Virus record (IMG/VR): IMGVR_UViG_3300021082_000023
Span: 794 to 64,793 of that record
Source: a virus
Lineage: Duplodnaviria; Caudoviricetes
Strand: one strand, 5' to 3'
DNA: 64,000 nt
In this document: in pieces, positions 34,381-43,804 of the stretch
Layout of the letters: each line of letters starts with the position of its first letter
Numbering within the stretch: position 1 is the stretch's first letter
Notes under the pieces: model-generated
Told to the model about the DNA's origin: nothing
Database searches by the model: none
Seen by the model: only the letters and a program-made list of their open reading frames with translations
Made by a program: the position numbers and the translations under genes

Positions 34381-35309
34381 CTTTCGACGGCCGCATTCGC
34401 GCCGATGCACGACACCTGCCGATTGCAGACGAATCCATTCAATGCGTCGTGACAAGTCCTCCGTACTTTGGACTTCGCGACTATGGCAACGCTGGCCAGA
34501 TTGGATTGGAGAAAACCCCGGACGAATACGTTGCGGCGCTCCTCGAGGCGTTCGCCGAAGTCTGGCGCGTGCTGAAGCCGGACGGAACGCTCTGGTTGAA
34601 TCTCGGAGATTCCTACGCGACAGGCGGCGGTTCCGTTGGCCGGGCCCCGGGCGGAGGCGCACAGGGAGAAAGGTTCATTCGTGCAGGAATGACTGGAACT
34701 CAGCCGAATCGAATGCCGCTGCCCGGCCTGAAGCCAAAAGACCTGATCGGCATCCCGTGGAAAGTTGCCTTCGCTCTACAATCTCGAGGATGGTATCTCC
34801 GCTCCGATATCATTTGGGCGAAACCGAATCCCATGCCGGAGAGTGTCACGGACAGGCCGACACGCTCGCACGAATATATCTTCCTACTGACAAAGTCAGA
34901 ACGTTACTACTACGATGCGGACTCAATCAAAGAAGCGGCCACCGATAGTGGGCGAGACAATGGACGCGATGGAAGGGCTGAAGAGTCCGGAGCGCGTCCG
35001 CCCAATACCAGGGCGCGAACTCTGGCGAGAATTGACTATTCGGAGCGCGGCAGAAATAAACGCTCGGTCTGGACAGTCAGCGTGTCGAAGTATTCCGAAG
35101 CTCACTATGCGACATTCCCGCCAGCTCTGATCGAGCCATGCATTCTGGCAGGTTCCCGCACCGGAGATTCGGTACTGGATCCTTTCGCTGGTACCGGTAC
35201 CGTTGCGATGGTCGCGGAGAAACACAGTCGGCGTGGATTATCCATCGACCTTGGATACCAGGATTTGCAGAAGCAGCGACTGACCAATCTTCAAAAGGTG
35301 CTGGCATGA
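34377..35309 (+). CDS. DNA amino-methyltransferase (N4-C/N6-A, beta class)
   Basis: VTSPPYF, KPNPMPES, HYATFPPAL, LDPFAGTGT. Confidence 0.92.
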   Translation: MTFDGRIRADARHLPIADESIQCVVTSPPYFGLRDYGNAGQIGLEKTPDEYVAALLEAFAEVWRVLKPDGTLWLNLGDSYATGGGSVGRAPGGGAQGERFIRAGMTGTQPNRMPLPGLKPKDLIGIPWKVAFALQSRGWYLRSDIIWAKPNPMPESVTDRPTRSHEYIFLLTKSERYYYDADSIKEAATDSGRDNGRDGRAEESGARPPNTRARTLARIDYSERGRNKRSVWTVSVSKYSEAHYATFPPALIEPCILAGSRTGDSVLDPFAGTGTVAMVAEKHSRRGLSIDLGYQDLQKQRLTNLQKVLA

Positions 35310-35581
35310 CCTGCTCCCCCATCGACCTCGGCAACGGCGTGACCGGGCTCGTGTGCGGCCGTTCGAGGCGCCGCGTGATCTGCCACTACTGCCGGAACGT
35401 CGCGGAGTTCCAGTGTGATCACCCCGTTTTCCGCGACAACAAGAAAGGCACCTGCGATACCTGGATGTGCGAGCACTGCCGAAACAACATCGGGCCCGAG
35501 CTCGATCTCTGCCGGGCGCACTTCAACGTATGGCGGAACAATGGGAAGACGTTTGTATTGGGTGGAGAGGTGCAGACGTGA
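35306..35581 (+). CDS. Cys-rich hypothetical protein
   Basis: CHYC, CDHP, CDTWMCEHC, LCRAH. Confidence 0.6.
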   Translation: MTCSPIDLGNGVTGLVCGRSRRRVICHYCRNVAEFQCDHPVFRDNKKGTCDTWMCEHCRNNIGPELDLCRAHFNVWRNNGKTFVLGGEVQT

Positions 35582-36216
35582 AGGAAAGACCCATTCTCAT
35601 GCACGCCAGAAGCATTAACGGAATTTTGGAAGGCCGGAAGACGCAGACGCGGCGGATTGTGAAGCCGCAACCACAGCCAAATGGAGGCGTCGGTCGTCAG
35701 CCAATCGTGCCGTACCTGACTTCGATCGGAACATGGACTTGGGTACTGAAAGATACCGGACATGGGAACGGAACCAGCGGAGCGCCGTGCCCCTACGGCC
35801 AGCCCGGAGACCGGCTGTGGGTGCGGGAATCCGGATGGATGGACCGCTCTGAGAAACGCTTCTTCGCATATAAGTCCACGCCGGGAATCTGTAAGGTTTC
35901 CGATACCGGCGAATTCATTGAGACGCTTCCGGGGAAAGTAACAGCCGAGTCAATGAAGACTTGCTACAAGCCGGTGCCATCAATCCACATGCCGCGCTGG
36001 GCCTCCAGACTCACTCTGGAAATCACCGGCATTCGCGTCGAGCGGGTTCAGGACATAACTCCTGAGGACTGTCTAGCAGAGGGCGTACAGACTGAATCGG
36101 ACTATCAGAGCCTTAAGACGCTATTTGCTGAACTCTGGGACGACACGAACGGCAAAGACGCATGGGATCGGAACGACTGGTGTTGGTGTATCGACTTCAA
36201 GAGGATTGAAAATTGA
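35578..36216 (+). CDS. ASCH/PUA-like phage protein
   Basis: GRKTQTRR, CPYGQPGDRLWVRE, PSIHMPRWASRLTLEIT. Confidence 0.75.
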   Translation: MKERPILMHARSINGILEGRKTQTRRIVKPQPQPNGGVGRQPIVPYLTSIGTWTWVLKDTGHGNGTSGAPCPYGQPGDRLWVRESGWMDRSEKRFFAYKSTPGICKVSDTGEFIETLPGKVTAESMKTCYKPVPSIHMPRWASRLTLEITGIRVERVQDITPEDCLAEGVQTESDYQSLKTLFAELWDDTNGKDAWDRNDWCWCIDFKRIEN

Positions 36217-37919
36217 AACTGCAAATCGCAACCGATCTGACTCTCCCGCTCGAAGTCGTTACCGAGAAGTTGGCGTTCCTCGGCCGCACGGGCAGTGGAA
36301 AAACCTATGCCGCCATGAAACTCAAGGAACTGATGCGCGAAGCTGGCGCGCAAACCATCGCACTGGATCCCGTCGGCGCATGGTACGGCATCCGGATCGG
36401 CGGCTCCTGGAACGTCTATATCTTCGGTGGTCTCCATGGAGACTTTCCTCTGGAACCCACGGGTGGAAAGCTCATGGCGGATCTCATAGTGGATCGCGGA
36501 CTTTCTGTCGTGCTCGATGTCTCGCAATTCATTCGGTCGGAACAGGTGCGGTTTGCATCGGATTTCATTGAGCGTTTTTTCAATCGAAAGAAGGCGTCAC
36601 CTTCTGCTGTCCATTTGTTCCTGGAAGAATGCCAAGAATTTGCGCCGCAGAACAATGCTCCAAATGAAGCCCACATGCTTCACCACTTTGAACGCTTGTG
36701 GAAGCTCGGCCGCGGCTTTGGAATCGGCGGCACGCTTCTGAGTCAGCGCCCCCAGGAAGTGAACAAAAAGGTTCTGAATCAATCTGGCACCTTGTTCGCC
36801 TTCAACATGACGGGACCACAGGAGCGCAAGGCGATCGCCGATTGGACGCGCCAGGCTGGCATTGATGAAGACATCGAGAGTGTTCTACCAAAGCTGAAGG
36901 TTGGTGAGCCGCACGTGTGGAGTCCCACCTTTTTGAACATCTCTAAAACAATTCACATCTTGCCGAAGACAACCGCCGATGTCTCAATGACGCCGAAGGT
37001 CGGAGCGCGGACAAGGGAGCAGGTGTTGACGCCGATCGATGTGGAGCGATTGACAGCCGATATGGCGGCAACGATTGAGAAGTCGAAAGCCGACGATCCG
37101 AAGGAGCTCCGCAAGCAGATTCTTGCTCTCGCGGCAGAACTGAAAAAGGCCAATACGTTTCAATCAAACTCCGCTCCGGCACTACCGCCGAAGATTGTCG
37201 AGGTATCGGTTCTCACGGACGCGGATCGGGAGTTTCTTTCAAAGTTCTGGACCGACGTCTCGCAACTTCAGGATAAGGCCTCGACATTAATGATGGCAGT
37301 CCGAGATGTTGAAACGGTCCTTTCCAAGGCCCTGCGTCCCGGCTCACAGCAACCGTCCGCAAGAATCGGACATTTGAAGATGCCACAGCCGCCGATCGTC
37401 AAGCATTCCGGTCCGTTTGACAAAATGCGCAAATCGCCAGTTGCCGCCTCTTCGGAGCTCGGCAACTCCGGACTCCGCCGCATCTTAATCGCATTGGCAC
37501 AGTATCCACAGGGCCGGTCCGCCCGGCAGGTTGGCATTCTCGCGGGCCTCTCCAGCAAGAGCGGTTCGTTCAACACCTATCTCAGTAAAGGCCGGTCCTC
37601 AGGATGGATTGAAGGCGAACGCGGAATGCTTCGAATCACGGATGGTGGACTGGAGGCACTTGGGAATTTCGATCCCTTGCCTCAAGGTCCGGAACTTCTC
37701 AACTACTGGCTGAGCGAACTCGGCGATGGCGGCGCCGCGCGCATCTTACGAGTTCTGGCGCAGGCCTATCCCAAGTCCATGTCGAAAGAAGAGCTTGGCA
37801 CCGCCGCGGAACTTAGCCACACCAGCGGATCGTTCAATACCTACTTGAGCCGACTGCGCACGCTGGAACTTGCAGAAGGCCGCGGTGAACTCCGCGCATC
37901 GGAAACACTTTTCGAATAA
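36213..37919 (+). CDS. HerA/FtsK-like ATPase with two C-terminal winged-helix repeats
   Basis: GRTGSGKT, LDPVG, FLEECQEF, LSQRPQ; repeat GSFNTYLS twice. Confidence 0.8.
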   Translation: MKLQIATDLTLPLEVVTEKLAFLGRTGSGKTYAAMKLKELMREAGAQTIALDPVGAWYGIRIGGSWNVYIFGGLHGDFPLEPTGGKLMADLIVDRGLSVVLDVSQFIRSEQVRFASDFIERFFNRKKASPSAVHLFLEECQEFAPQNNAPNEAHMLHHFERLWKLGRGFGIGGTLLSQRPQEVNKKVLNQSGTLFAFNMTGPQERKAIADWTRQAGIDEDIESVLPKLKVGEPHVWSPTFLNISKTIHILPKTTADVSMTPKVGARTREQVLTPIDVERLTADMAATIEKSKADDPKELRKQILALAAELKKANTFQSNSAPALPPKIVEVSVLTDADREFLSKFWTDVSQLQDKASTLMMAVRDVETVLSKALRPGSQQPSARIGHLKMPQPPIVKHSGPFDKMRKSPVAASSELGNSGLRRILIALAQYPQGRSARQVGILAGLSSKSGSFNTYLSKGRSSGWIEGERGMLRITDGGLEALGNFDPLPQGPELLNYWLSELGDGGAARILRVLAQAYPKSMSKEELGTAAELSHTSGSFNTYLSRLRTLELAEGRGELRASETLFE

Positions 37920-37970
37920 CTCCGCGCCAGCGGCCCATTGGGTGGGGGTACTTACTCAAGAGAATCGATC

Positions 37971-38756
37971 ATGCTCCAAACTCCTAAAGTACAGGCGTAC
38001 GTCCAGAAGGCATCCCTCGAAGGCAAAGAGGAGAAGAAGTTCGTGCGATTCACATTTTACATTACGCCCGTGAATCATGAACTCGCCGCCGAAGTCTCTC
38101 CCGCCATCGCAGGACTTCTCTTCAAGAAGGATGAAGGCGGCGCGTTCCACCCGGTTCTGGAAATGGACGCGGCGCAATTTGAAATCGGGATGATTCCGCT
38201 CCAAACGATGGAGTTGCATCCTGTCGATGATCCGAAGATGGATATGATGGGAGTGCTGCTTCAGGGAGTTCAGATTTCCAATATAAGCGCCAGGAAGGTC
38301 TTTCCCGACGATCCAAACTTCACCCTGATCTTCAACGCAGAGCTGCCCAAAAACGAACTCGCGGTGAAAATGATGGATAAATACTTCCGGGAGAAAGTAC
38401 ATCTGACGTTCGCTGTGATGCAGGGCCAGCTCTTTCCCGATGCCGATGTCAACGACACCATCAACAATCCCCAGTGCGAGTACTGCGACGACCGCGCCAT
38501 CTACCGCGACAAGGAGAAGATCTACTACTGCCAGAAGGATGTCCGGCGCAGTTCGACCGAAGTCACGCTGCTGGTCACGAAGGAAACCCCGGCCCAGGCG
38601 GAAGCGCGGATCCTGGCCGAGCGCGAGGCGGCCATGAAGGAAGACGGCGCGGAAGTGGTGTTGCCGGGGATGGAGGCGGCCGTCGATGACACGAAGGACA
38701 CCAGCCATGCCAATCGGCCTCGAGGCGGGAAGACTTCGCGGAAGCCGAAGAATTAA
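37971..38756 (+). CDS. Hypothetical protein
   Basis: 261 aa with CEYC...YCQ. Confidence 0.6.
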   Translation: MLQTPKVQAYVQKASLEGKEEKKFVRFTFYITPVNHELAAEVSPAIAGLLFKKDEGGAFHPVLEMDAAQFEIGMIPLQTMELHPVDDPKMDMMGVLLQGVQISNISARKVFPDDPNFTLIFNAELPKNELAVKMMDKYFREKVHLTFAVMQGQLFPDADVNDTINNPQCEYCDDRAIYRDKEKIYYCQKDVRRSSTEVTLLVTKETPAQAEARILAEREAAMKEDGAEVVLPGMEAAVDDTKDTSHANRPRGGKTSRKPKN

Positions 38757-38760
38757 AACT

Positions 38761-38988
38761 ATGGACTCCATGTATCTCAACGGATCCGAAGATGTGCGTC
38801 GTGCAGGAAGCGCGATTCAAAGCGCAGCGTCCGACATGCAGAGCGCTGCGTCGAATATTTCTTCGGCGCTCGAACGTCATCAACGATCGATGGATGAGTT
38901 TTCCAATCAAGCGGCAGCCCTGATTGAAACGATGGATCGCCTCACTTCGGCAATGAATCGATTCGCCGATCTAACGGAGAAGCCATGA
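38761..38988 (+). CDS. Small coiled-coil protein
   Basis: SAASDMQSAASNI heptads. Confidence 0.55.
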   Translation: MDSMYLNGSEDVRRAGSAIQSAASDMQSAASNISSALERHQRSMDEFSNQAAALIETMDRLTSAMNRFADLTEKP

Positions 38989-39416
38989 CCAAAGACGGAA
39001 CGGTGCGCGGCCGGGAAAGCGAACGGCCGACTGGAATCATCCGGACCCTGCCCAGTCTGTATGGGCCGCGTGCCGCCTTCGCGGCCGGTATCAACTCTCG
39101 CGAGGAATCCATCGGTGCGAAACGGTACCGGCAGTCAATGAAAATGTTGGAAGCCGGCAAACTGGACTGTATCTATATCGCGCTTCAGTGCGTGCCGCGC
39201 TTGGATGTCCTGCACATCTACCTCATCATTGATGGAGAGATCGATGTCCGGCTGAACTTGGCTGGCTACGAACCAGGAGAGGCTAGGAAGTGTTGGGACG
39301 AGACCATTCGGAAACCGAAGGTGTGGGCGGTTTGTACACCGCCCGTCAGCCGGCCGCCGGAGCCGATATTACGCCGCGGGTTTCAGGGGATTCGATACAC
39401 CGAGGAGCTTTGGTAA
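38985..39416 (+). CDS. Hypothetical protein
   Basis: 143 aa, coupled overlaps. Confidence 0.55.
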   Translation: MTKDGTVRGRESERPTGIIRTLPSLYGPRAAFAAGINSREESIGAKRYRQSMKMLEAGKLDCIYIALQCVPRLDVLHIYLIIDGEIDVRLNLAGYEPGEARKCWDETIRKPKVWAVCTPPVSRPPEPILRRGFQGIRYTEELW

Positions 39417-40315
39417 TGCAGCTGTCACCCATAGAATGGACGCAGTACACTGCAAATCCGTTGAGGTATCGCGACGCGGACGGCAACATTGTTCACGCTT
39501 GCATTCACGCGTCGACTGGCTGCCTCCATTGCTATGCCGAAACGCTGGCGCCTCGCTGGGGACGACACGGCAAGAAGTTCACAGTTGAGAACATGAAGAG
39601 TCTGACCCCTTTTCTCGACGAGAAAGAACTTCACCAGATGCTGACGCTCAAACAAGCCTCCGGGAAGATGTGCTTCATTGGCGATATGACAGATATCTTC
39701 GGAGATTGGGTTCCGTTCGAATTGCTCGATAAGCTCTTCGCAGTTTTCGCGCTGAGATGGGATGTGACCTGGCAGGTGCTCACGAAGCGTGCGCAGCGAG
39801 CAATGGAGTATTGGAATGATCCTGATCGCGCATTCAAGATCGCGTGTCAAATGCTCACGTTTGCCAAACCACCGATGCCGATACCGGATCGGATTCCGCC
39901 ACATCTGACACCGACTCTGCCACTTCGCAACGTCTGGCTCGGTGTCTCGGTGGAGAATCAGCAGTATAAAAGTCGAATCGATATCTTGCGAGAGATCCCG
40001 GCTGCGGTCCGCTTTCTTTCCGTTGAACCGTTGCTCGAAGATGTCGGAGTGCTGGATCTGCGCGCAATTCATCAAGTGATCATGGGTGGAGAGAGTGGGC
40101 CCGGCGCCCGGCTGTTTGATATCCAGTGGGCGCGGTCCGTCGTGCAGCAGTGCAAGGCGGCGGGAGTGGCGTGCTTTGTGAAGCAGCTTGGCAGCAATCC
40201 ATTCGTTCAGCTCAATGAGGAGTTAGAAGCCGCTGCCATCTATCTGAAGAGCAGGAAGGGTGGGGCGATGGAGGAATGGCCGAGTGATCTGCAAGTCAGG
40301 GAGTTGCCGAAATGA
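39416..40315 (+). CDS. Gp37Gp68 (DUF5131) family protein
   Basis: IEWT, CxxxSxGCxHCYA, QVLTKR, VWLGVSVENQ, FLSVEPLL, GGESG. Confidence 0.88.
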   Translation: MQLSPIEWTQYTANPLRYRDADGNIVHACIHASTGCLHCYAETLAPRWGRHGKKFTVENMKSLTPFLDEKELHQMLTLKQASGKMCFIGDMTDIFGDWVPFELLDKLFAVFALRWDVTWQVLTKRAQRAMEYWNDPDRAFKIACQMLTFAKPPMPIPDRIPPHLTPTLPLRNVWLGVSVENQQYKSRIDILREIPAAVRFLSVEPLLEDVGVLDLRAIHQVIMGGESGPGARLFDIQWARSVVQQCKAAGVACFVKQLGSNPFVQLNEELEAAAIYLKSRKGGAMEEWPSDLQVRELPK

Positions 40316-40341
40316 GGCCCACGATTGACATACGATGGCCG

Positions 40342-41148
40342 TCACTTCCATTTGAAAAAAGCTACGTTCAATAGTTCTTGGCGACCCAAAATGTGACAGC
40401 TACTGAGATCTACGCTTGCTCCCGCCTTGAATTCGAAATCCCGTATGGAAGATTGGATCTGTGGTAAATCGAGCTTTTCTGCACCGAGTCTATCGGCAAC
40501 CAGAAGCCTTAAGTGCGGCGTCCAAATGTTCTTCGTAGCGGGATATTGAAGGAGTATCGATCCTCGAATTGGCTCGTTCGGGCGGAGCACGCTATCTTTC
40601 AGTTGCAGCGTCAACAAATCGGGATTTAACTGCAGAGCAATCGGGAATTTGCCAACCTGCTCAGAATAGTTCTTCCAATGTTCGTCAGTGTCAACGCGGA
40701 GCAATTTGAGCCAATTGCCATCTACAGCTTGCGCTTCGACTTCGATCTGATCCAAGAATGCTGGTTCACTGTGAACGTTTTCCAGTCTGACTACAAGAAG
40801 AAGGTCAATAAGATATTTTTCGCAGTTTTTTGTTCCTTCGTTAACCGCACGCCAGTACCTCCCCTCCGAATCTCTGGGTAGAAACCACCAGTAAGCAACT
40901 TCTGAAAATGCAGTGAATCGCTTGGGACGAGATACCAATCCAATGACCGTGATGACTATCCATATAACTGCGATAATGGCGAATAATCCGCGTCGTTTTA
41001 GGAGCCGTTCCAAAAGCAATGCTACTCCGACGAATATCACCGCAGTCATCACCAAAATCCAGGTCGGCGCAGAATACTGCGAAAGCGCAATCAAGAAAAT
41101 TGCCCCAGAGGCTGCAAGCAACCAGTTCCTAATATTCTCTCGAGACAT
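40342..41148 (-). CDS. Membrane protein (moron)
   Basis: Three N-terminal TM segments plus a soluble domain; visibly lower GC; opposite strand. Confidence 0.7.
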   Translation of the reverse strand: MSRENIRNWLLAASGAIFLIALSQYSAPTWILVMTAVIFVGVALLLERLLKRRGLFAIIAVIWIVITVIGLVSRPKRFTAFSEVAYWWFLPRDSEGRYWRAVNEGTKNCEKYLIDLLLVVRLENVHSEPAFLDQIEVEAQAVDGNWLKLLRVDTDEHWKNYSEQVGKFPIALQLNPDLLTLQLKDSVLRPNEPIRGSILLQYPATKNIWTPHLRLLVADRLGAEKLDLPQIQSSIRDFEFKAGASVDLSSCHILGRQELLNVAFFKWK

Positions 41149-41157
41149 TGCCGGCTT

Positions 41158-41412
41158 CTAACCCAGTTGCGATCTTGCGAAATCTAAGTTGTTTTTTATT
41201 TGCGACAGATCTTCCGGTTCTGGTTTCCAGCTTCCGCCACATGGGCAATGCAGCTCCAAACTTCCGGAGGCAATCTGCTCTAAAAGATAGTCTCTTGTGT
41301 GCTCTCCAGCTGTCATTCTTCTTCCGTCCTCATTGATGTCGGACCGAACCAGGCCGCCACACTTTGGGCATGCCCTCGACAGCGGTCTCAATTCTGGTTG
41401 CGCCTTTGACAT
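41158..41412 (-). CDS. Zn-ribbon protein
   Basis: GGAAGG RBS; CPKCG...CPCGG. Confidence 0.65.
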   Translation of the reverse strand: MSKAQPELRPLSRACPKCGGLVRSDINEDGRRMTAGEHTRDYLLEQIASGSLELHCPCGGSWKPEPEDLSQIKNNLDFARSQLG

Positions 41413-41494
41413 TGTGTATCCTTCCTGTTGTGAATTCGGTGGAGCGCCGGCTTCTGCGGATTCTCCCAACAAAAGGCGACGCCCCATCTAGTAC

Positions 41495-41635
41495 CTACTT
41501 CTTAGTCTTATGGTCGCGGACCTGTGTCAACGCCGATCCTGCAATACTCTTCGCCTTCGCTGAAGCATTCGGATTAGCCAGCACCTTTGCTGCCTGGGAT
41601 GCGACCTTTGCAGACGTCTTTTCGTTCTTAGCCAT
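41495..41635 (-). CDS. Small basic protein (46 aa)
   Basis: GGAG RBS; MAKNEKTSAKVASQAAKVLANPNASAKAKSIAGSALTQVRDHKTKK. Confidence 0.7.
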   Translation of the reverse strand: MAKNEKTSAKVASQAAKVLANPNASAKAKSIAGSALTQVRDHKTKK

Positions 41636-41702
41636 GGAAACTCCTATTAAATTGAAAGCTCAACAACTCAGATTTCGCGTTGAGAGATTGCAGTTTCCAG
41701 TG

Positions 41703-41731
41703 TTGACGGGGCTTGTCGTCGAGGCTATGAT
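41703..41731 (+). promoter_or_regulatory. Sigma70-type promoter
   Basis: TTGACG-17 bp-TATGAT. Confidence 0.65.
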
Positions 41732-41778
41732 GCAGCTATCTTAGTTCTACATCCACCCCATCAACACCGGGTTGGGTC

Positions 41779-41818
41779 AACGGCTTCGGGAGTGAGATCC
41801 CGGAGCCGTTTTCACTTT
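41779..41818 (+). terminator. Intrinsic terminator closing a candidate ~80-nt sRNA
   Basis: 13-bp stem AACGGCTTCGGGA / TCCCGGAGCCGTT followed by TTCACTTT. Confidence 0.65.
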
Positions 41819-42039
41819 AGACGATGACCGTCCAAAACACCAGATGTAGTATCAGCTTTATCTGTTACGCACAACATAGGACGATGATTTCCAATTTTTC
41901 GGTTGATCTTTTAGCGGCTATCGGTTTCGTCTTGCCGCACCACCCTCACCTTCTTATCCTCCCGTAGCGCCACAAACTTCGAGTGCCGCAGATGTCCAAG
42001 CGGACCCTTCCGGTATACTGACTTTTCCGGAGGTATCCC

Positions 42040-42723
42040 ATGTGCGGCCGCGCCTATTCCACCTACACCGCTGATGAACTGTACTTCGTCTACTTGAACC
42101 GGAAACTCCAGCGAGGCGAGAGCCCGTTCGAGAAACCCAATTACAACTTCAGTCCGACGCAAAACTCTCTGATCGTTCGGTTGATCGATGGCGCTCGGAA
42201 TATCGACACCATGACGTGGGGCCTGGTTCCGGAATGGTCGCCCGAATTCAAGATGAAGTTTTCCACGATCAACGCCAGGAGCGAGGGTGTCTTTGAGAGC
42301 CGCCTCTACAAGAAACCGGTCCTCCAGCGGCGTTGCCTTTTGCCCGTCAGCGGATTCTTTGAATGGAAGAAAGAAGGCGCCGCGAAACGGCCGTTCAAGA
42401 TCTATCTGAAGGACAGCCCCATCATGTCTATGGCATGCATCTGGACTGCCTGGCGCGCCGGCACACCAGAAGAACAGCGCTCGTTCTCGATTATGACGAC
42501 GTCCGCGAATGACTTCATGGCGAAGATTCACGATCGAATGCCGGTCATTCTTAATGAGAAGCAATGGGACGAGTGGCTGGATCCGGAGGTTCACGAACCG
42601 GAAGTACTGAAGAAGCTGCTGCGGCCTTGCCCGCCGAAGTGGTTGGAATCTGCAGAGGTCTCGACCCTGGTGAACAAGCCTGCAAACAACCGGCCGGAAG
42701 TGCTCGAACCGATCGAGAAGTGA
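42040..42723 (+). CDS. SRAP / SOS response-associated peptidase (YedK/HMCES family)
   Basis: MCGR start, YNFSPTQ, INARSE, RRCLLPVSGFFEW, IHDRMPVIL. Confidence 0.93.
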   Translation: MCGRAYSTYTADELYFVYLNRKLQRGESPFEKPNYNFSPTQNSLIVRLIDGARNIDTMTWGLVPEWSPEFKMKFSTINARSEGVFESRLYKKPVLQRRCLLPVSGFFEWKKEGAAKRPFKIYLKDSPIMSMACIWTAWRAGTPEEQRSFSIMTTSANDFMAKIHDRMPVILNEKQWDEWLDPEVHEPEVLKKLLRPCPPKWLESAEVSTLVNKPANNRPEVLEPIEK

Positions 42724-42729
42724 GCGCCC

Positions 42730-43065
42730 ATGTTCGATAGCGGCAGTTACTCGCCAATCCACAATGACCCCGACGCCTACTGGTGCGCCGGATGCTGGGC
42801 CTGGAAATACGACTGCGCGCATCTGGTCGAGCCGCTGACCAGCCCCAACATGAAACTGAGTCACTACCTCTACCTGGAAGCGACGTGGCAGAAGGACATC
42901 TTTCAGATCACGACGAACACCGGCGCACGGTACCAGTACTTCAAAGTCCCACGGCGCATTGCAGTGGCCTGGGTGCGGAATCCCGATCGCGATTTGCTTG
43001 AGGGTTATCGATTCGAACTTGTCCGCGGCAAGGTGCCGATCCAGTGGCGGAAGCAGAGAACCTAG
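42730..43065 (+). CDS. Cys/His motif plus KTSC-like domain protein
   Basis: CAGCWAWKYDCAH; FQITTNTGARYQYFKVP. Confidence 0.55.
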   Translation: MFDSGSYSPIHNDPDAYWCAGCWAWKYDCAHLVEPLTSPNMKLSHYLYLEATWQKDIFQITTNTGARYQYFKVPRRIAVAWVRNPDRDLLEGYRFELVRGKVPIQWRKQRT

Positions 43066-43700
43066 AGAATCTCTATACTTCGATCAGCGGCATTATAGCG
43101 AAGCGTAATCCATTTAAATTTCCAAACTCCGCCCGACCCCGTAACTATTAAGCGCACTCTCACTTTTTCCGGAACGGATTCATTGTGGTAGTTCATTTTC
43201 CCATCCGGTAGTTTCGCGGGTGCTTCGCCGGTAATTCGGATTCCGGCTGATTCATAGGCAAGTTCCACTAGTCCGCTATGACCCGGCCCGATATAGTCAT
43301 GCGGAGCCTTATGATTCCATCTGAGATGGTTCACGGGTACCCGCCTCGATCCATCGGTTATTTCTAGCATCGCAATCGGATGAGAAATCGTGACTGAAGG
43401 AGAGGCATTGCGTATTTCGGCCAAGACGCGGCGATTCTGAGCAAAAGAAATATTAATCAGTTCGAGTTGGGGGAGCGGCTTCTTTCGGGCCTGAAGAATC
43501 CGAAATGTTTGATTTGCCGCGAAAGCTGTTAATCCCCAGCACGTTAATCCACCCAAATAGACCCAGTGTGGGGGAATGGCGACGAAATAGGAAATCAAAG
43601 CCCATGGCGTCATTCCTAAGATGCCTAAGAGGGCTAGGCCCCAGCCGCCCCACCGCATAAATACTGAAACACTATCGTCGAATTTCCTAAACCATGCCAT
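43062..43700 (-). CDS. Membrane protein (moron)
   Basis: Two N-terminal TM segments plus a beta-rich domain; lower GC. Confidence 0.65.
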   Translation of the reverse strand: MAWFRKFDDSVSVFMRWGGWGLALLGILGMTPWALISYFVAIPPHWVYLGGLTCWGLTAFAANQTFRILQARKKPLPQLELINISFAQNRRVLAEIRNASPSVTISHPIAMLEITDGSRRVPVNHLRWNHKAPHDYIGPGHSGLVELAYESAGIRITGEAPAKLPDGKMNYHNESVPEKVRVRLIVTGSGGVWKFKWITLRYNAADRSIEIL

Positions 43701-43804
43701 TCGTGGCGCATCTTACCTTCTACCTCTGGGTTTGCAAAATGCATAAGTCCAGGCGGACTGCGTCTTTGCGGTCCCTCATCGGTTCCGACGCAGTTGCGGG
43801 CGGT

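Noticed and set aside
41747-41849. Long-range CTACATC/GATGTAG pairing suggesting a riboswitch or msr-msd
   Set aside because: Only 7 bp, it crosses the terminator, and it is expected by chance
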